64,000 bases of DNA from an uncultured Eubacteriales bacterium. GTDB taxonomy: Bacteria; Bacillota; Clostridia; Oscillospirales; CAG-382. The position numbers were made by a program, and so were the translations under genes. The stretch covers positions 70,464 to 134,463 of the forward strand of contig CAKSCV010000002.1 of assembly GCA_934444645.1 (NCBI GenBank), in the 5' to 3' direction. The stretch's first letter is position 1; the number at the start of each line of letters is the position of its first letter. Below the pieces are notes generated by a model that ran no database searches, was not told where the DNA came from, and worked only from the letters and a program-made list of their open reading frames with translations. Of the stretch, positions 61,081 through 64,000 are shown piece by piece.

Positions 61081-61806
61081 ATGAAAGAGCAAATCAAAGC
61101 ATTCAAAGAAAAGAAAACCTACAATACGGAGGATATCCGCGAGCTTGTCGAAATCCTTCGCAGTCCGGACGGATGTGCTTGGGACAGGGAACAGACGCAT
61201 AAAAGCGTGCGCAACGCCATGATCGAAGAAACCTATGAATTTATCGAAGGGTTGGATAAAGACGACAGGACCTTGATGAAGGAAGAACTCGGCGACGTTT
61301 TGTTTCAGGTATTTTTTCATGCACGCATTGCGGAGGAAAGCGGTAATTTTTCGATGGATGATATCGCAGATGAAGTCTGCAAGAAGATGGTCTTGCGCCA
61401 TCCGCACGTTTTCGGTGATGTGTCCGTGAAGAATTCCGGCGAAGTGCTGCAAAACTGGGAAACCATCAAAAAGGCTGAAAAGAGCCGTGACACCTTGGAA
61501 AAGCAGTTAGAAAGCGTTTCTTCGGCATTGCCGTCTCTCATTCGCGCCGAGAAATTGCTGTCGCGCTGCAAAAAAGAGGACATCCCCGTAGAGCGTGACG
61601 CATCGGTGTTGATTTCGCGCATTGCGGAAAAAGCACAGAAATTGACGCCGGAGGCTGACAGCACGCAGATCGGCGACCTTTTGTTTGCCATCATCAATTT
61701 AACGTATGCCTTGAAAATCAACGCGGAACAAGCGTTATACGAAACGAACAACCGTTTTATCGAAGAAACGGTGAAAAATCACGTAAACACAGAGGAAAAG
61801 CAATGA
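61081..61806 (+). CDS. mazG: MazG-family nucleoside triphosphate pyrophosphohydrolase
   Basis: 'CAWDREQTHKS', 'EETYEFIEG' and 'EELGDVLFQV' (EExxE/metal-binding motifs), with a second degenerate MazG repeat. ATG 61081 sits behind 'AAGGA'. Confidence 0.88.
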   Translation: MKEQIKAFKEKKTYNTEDIRELVEILRSPDGCAWDREQTHKSVRNAMIEETYEFIEGLDKDDRTLMKEELGDVLFQVFFHARIAEESGNFSMDDIADEVCKKMVLRHPHVFGDVSVKNSGEVLQNWETIKKAEKSRDTLEKQLESVSSALPSLIRAEKLLSRCKKEDIPVERDASVLISRIAEKAQKLTPEADSTQIGDLLFAIINLTYALKINAEQALYETNNRFIEETVKNHVNTEEKQ

Positions 61807-62045
61807 GACTTGATAAATATTTGAAGGTTACACGCATCATCAAACGCCGCACGGTTGCCAACAACGCCTGTGACGCGGCACATGTGATGGTCAACGGCCG
61901 TCCGGCAAAGGCGTCGTATGACGTCAAAGTCGGCGATATTATCGCCATCACCTTCGGCGAAAAATTGTTACGGGTTGAAGTAACCGATGTAAAAGAAACG
62001 GTTGGTAAGGATCTGGCCGCCACCTTATATCGGGTATTGGAATAA
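61803..62045 (+). CDS. S4-domain RNA-binding protein (YabO/Hsp15-like)
   Basis: An 80-aa product starting 'MRLDKYLKVTRIIKRRTVA', the S4 motif. Its start overlaps the end of mazG (ATGA). Confidence 0.85.
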   Translation: MRLDKYLKVTRIIKRRTVANNACDAAHVMVNGRPAKASYDVKVGDIIAITFGEKLLRVEVTDVKETVGKDLAATLYRVLE

Positions 62046-62068
62046 CAAGACCCGTTCGTGCATAATCT
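62040..62068 (+). promoter_or_regulatory. Possible sigma-E-type (mother-cell) promoter of yabP-yabQ
   Basis: GAATAAC (62040-62046), N14, then CATAATCT (62061-68), compared from memory with the B. subtilis sigma-E consensus kmATATT-N14-CATACAmT. yabP/yabQ are sigma-E controlled in B. subtilis. Confidence 0.35.
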
Positions 62069-62126
62069 GTACAGATAAAGCCCGACACGAGAAGCCTGTC
62101 GGATATCGGAAAGGGAGTATCTGGAT

Positions 62127-62405
62127 ATGTCGTTTGAATCCTGCGGAAGTGTTACCATCACCGATCGCGCGTCCATTGAGCTTACCGGTGTTTTGTCGGT
62201 GGACAGCTTTGACGAAGCTGCCATCACGCTAAACGTGTCCTGCGGCAAACTGCTCATCGAAGGCGAAAACCTCAAGATTAACGGATTGGATCTCGAAAAA
62301 GGCCGTGTGATTGCCGACGGACTCATTAACGCCGTTTACTATACCGGTCTTACAGGCGAAAAAAACACCGGCTTTTTGGCACGCTTGTTCGGCAATCGGT
62401 CGTAG
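62127..62405 (+). CDS. yabP: Sporulation protein YabP
   Basis: A 92-aa product with 'ITDRASIELTGVLSVDSFDEAAITLNVSCGKLLIEGENLKINGLDLEKG', matching the YabP family pattern. Confidence 0.85.
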   Translation: MSFESCGSVTITDRASIELTGVLSVDSFDEAAITLNVSCGKLLIEGENLKINGLDLEKGRVIADGLINAVYYTGLTGEKNTGFLARLFGNRS

Positions 62406-62406
62406 C

Positions 62407-62874
62407 ATGGATATTCTGTTCGGGCGAAATCAATTTGCGGTATTTCTGTCGTTTTTGGTGTGCGGCGTTTTGGCCGGAATCGGTTTTGATGCGCTGAAAG
62501 TCAAACGACATCTGTTCGGCGCACCAAGCGCTGTACTGTTTATCGATGATTTGATTTTTATGCTATTTTGCGGGATACTGCTTATATTTGATGCATTTGC
62601 GTTCAATGACGGGAATTTCAAGTGGTATGAAGTGCCGTTTATGCTTGCCGGATTTACCGTGTATCGCTTGACGCTGTCGCGTTTTGTGCTCTTTGTCTTT
62701 TTTGGCGTGATCGATCTTGTAAAAAAGCTTTTGAAACGCTTGCTTAAACCGTTTTTGCGGCTGTTATGCAAAGGCGTTGCCGTTATTTTGGCTTTGCTTC
62801 GGCGGCTTCGGTGTAATGCCGCGGTACACCGGCTGAAAAGACGGTTGAAAAACAATCGTCCCTTATTGGAATGA
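62407..62874 (+). CDS. yabQ: Spore cortex biosynthesis protein YabQ
   Basis: Membrane protein (4-5 TM) directly after yabP. ATG 62407 is 1 nt after the yabP stop codon. It has a basic C-terminal tail. Confidence 0.7.
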   Translation: MDILFGRNQFAVFLSFLVCGVLAGIGFDALKVKRHLFGAPSAVLFIDDLIFMLFCGILLIFDAFAFNDGNFKWYEVPFMLAGFTVYRLTLSRFVLFVFFGVIDLVKKLLKRLLKPFLRLLCKGVAVILALLRRLRCNAAVHRLKRRLKNNRPLLE

Positions 62875-62899
62875 GAAAAAACGGAAAGGATGTGAAACC

Positions 62900-63160
62900 A
62901 TGAGCCTTGCAAAAAATATCGCTATGATCCTTATCATCATTTTGCTTTTGGCACTCGGCATTCATCAACAATTGAAAATAAATGAGCTGGATAAAACCAT
63001 CGCTTCATTGGAACAGCAGAATGAAGCCTTAAAATATGAGAACGATAAAAAGCAAAACGAACTTGATACGCCGCTTGAAGATCGTATGGAAAAGGAAGCC
63101 GGCAGTCTCGGCTATAAGGATCCGAATGCGCAATATTACTACAACGATTTCAGCGGCTGA
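62900..63160 (+). CDS. divIC: Septum formation initiator family protein (DivIC/FtsB)
   Basis: One TM helix followed by a coiled-coil 'QLKINELDKTIASLEQQNEALKYENDKKQNEL' and '..GYKDPN'. Its position after yabQ matches B. subtilis. Confidence 0.75.
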   Translation: MSLAKNIAMILIIILLLALGIHQQLKINELDKTIASLEQQNEALKYENDKKQNELDTPLEDRMEKEAGSLGYKDPNAQYYYNDFSG

Positions 63161-63192
63161 ACCGTGCTTTTTATTTGAAAGGATATGAAAAA

Positions 63193-64000
63193 ATGAGAAT
63201 TCTGCATACAAGCCGCATTCGTGAAGAAGTGCGCCGGTTACTGATTGAAGCAAACTATGTGCTGCCGAAAAGCTTGTCCGACCGTATTAAAGAAAGCGAA
63301 AAAAATGAGAGCAATCCGCTTGCCGCGTCGCTTCTTTCAAAACTCGGTGACAATCTGAAAGCAGCCGAAAAAATCAATGTTCCGATCTGTCAGGATACCG
63401 GCATGGCGGTGATCTTTTTGGAAATCGGGCAAGAGGTTTTTTTGGAGGGTGAACCGCTTGAGGCGGCTGTGAACCGAGGTACGGCGCAGGCATATGACGA
63501 AGGATACCTACGGAAATCGGTCGTAAACGATCCGTTGTTTGACCGTGTGAACACCGGCGATAATACACCGGCTGTGATTCATACACGAATCGTTCCCGGC
63601 GATCGGGTACATATTGTGGCGGCACCCAAGGGCTTTGGCAGTGAAAACATGAGCCGCATAAAAATGTTTACGCCGTCTGCCGGTAAAGATGATATCATCG
63701 GATTTGTGTTGGATACCGTCCGGCTTGCAGGCGGAAATCCGTGTCCGCCCATTGTTGTGGGCGTCGGCATCGGCGGGACCTTCGAAAAGGCAGCACTTCT
63801 TGCCAAAACGGCATTGGCGCGGGATGTTTCCGTTCGCAATGCCGATGCGCGTTATGCTGCTCTTGAAACAGAGATGCTCGAAAAAATCAATGCACTTGAC
63901 ATCGGACCGCAGGGCTTCGGCGGCGATACGACAGCGCTTGGCGTGAATATCGAATACTTTCCGACGCACATTGCCGGCTTGCCGTGCGCGGTCAATATCG
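63193..64000 (+). CDS. Class I (Fe-S) fumarate hydratase/tartrate dehydratase alpha subunit, N-terminal part (3' end lies outside the window)
   Basis: Not in the ORF track because there is no stop codon before the window edge. Translation from ATG 63193 reads 'MRILHTSRIREEV...VPICQDTGMAVIFLEIGQ...GDNTPAVIH...APKGFGSENMS...PPIVVGVGIGGT', the typical Fe-S hydro-lyase alpha-domain blocks. Confidence 0.85.
   Translation, partial: MRILHTSRIREEVRRLLIEANYVLPKSLSDRIKESEKNESNPLAASLLSKLGDNLKAAEKINVPICQDTGMAVIFLEIGQEVFLEGEPLEAAVNRGTAQAYDEGYLRKSVVNDPLFDRVNTGDNTPAVIHTRIVPGDRVHIVAAPKGFGSENMSRIKMFTPSAGKDDIIGFVLDTVRLAGGNPCPPIVVGVGIGGTFEKAALLAKTALARDVSVRNADARYAALETEMLEKINALDIGPQGFGGDTTALGVNIEYFPTHIAGLPCAVNI

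Noticed and set aside
63374-63969. Minus-strand ORFs (63374..63625, 63508..63969, 63579..63839) at the right edge of the window.
   Set aside because: They are antisense to the + strand frame from ATG 63193, which translates into clear class I fumarate hydratase alpha-subunit blocks. That gene is missing from the ORF track only because it has no stop codon in the window.

Overview
This is a 64-kb chromosomal window from a spore-forming Firmicute. The gene content looks like Clostridia: a yabM-like flippase/mazG/S4/yabP/yabQ/divIC block, SLH cell-wall anchors, a glycyl-radical enzyme, and a CIRCE-controlled groESL. I call about 50 protein-coding genes (45 on +, 5 on -), tightly packed, with many sigma-A-type promoters and hairpin terminators readable in the short intergenic gaps. 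I recognised no rRNA, tRNA, CRISPR array, transposase, integrase, phage or known defence genes.

Housekeeping backbone:
- mtnN (partial), PBP2-type transpeptidase, DUF1385-prmC, RNA methyltransferases
- groES-groEL, rlmB, queT behind a preQ1-I riboswitch, ftsH, gltB-gltD
- rodA/ftsW-family gene, cdaA-cdaR, recJ-rel-dtd-hemZ, and the sporulation/division block
- class I fumarate hydratase (partial at the 3' edge)

Accessory-looking parts, which are the best candidates for something undescribed:
1. A self-contained, unusually short glycyl-radical enzyme plus activase plus divergent AraC regulator (27.1-31.0 kb). The substrate cannot be read from context.
2. An AraC-flanked six-gene flavoenzyme/dehydrogenase operon (12.3-20.6 kb) that includes a 552-aa protein with no recognisable motifs and maps to no pathway I know.
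3. A 791-aa membrane protein (21.7-24.1 kb) that looks like a P1B-type ATPase scaffold in which every catalytic motif is degenerate and the actuator domain is missing, fused to a ~230-aa poly-acidic N-terminus.
4. A set of secreted or cell-wall proteins, including a 1555-aa SLH protein, that share stalk and C-terminal beta-sandwich-like modules.

There is also an odd gltBD control region: a promoter with a perfect inverted repeat in its spacer, followed immediately by a strong terminator hairpin in the leader.

All functional calls come from motifs read by eye in the translations. No database search was run.
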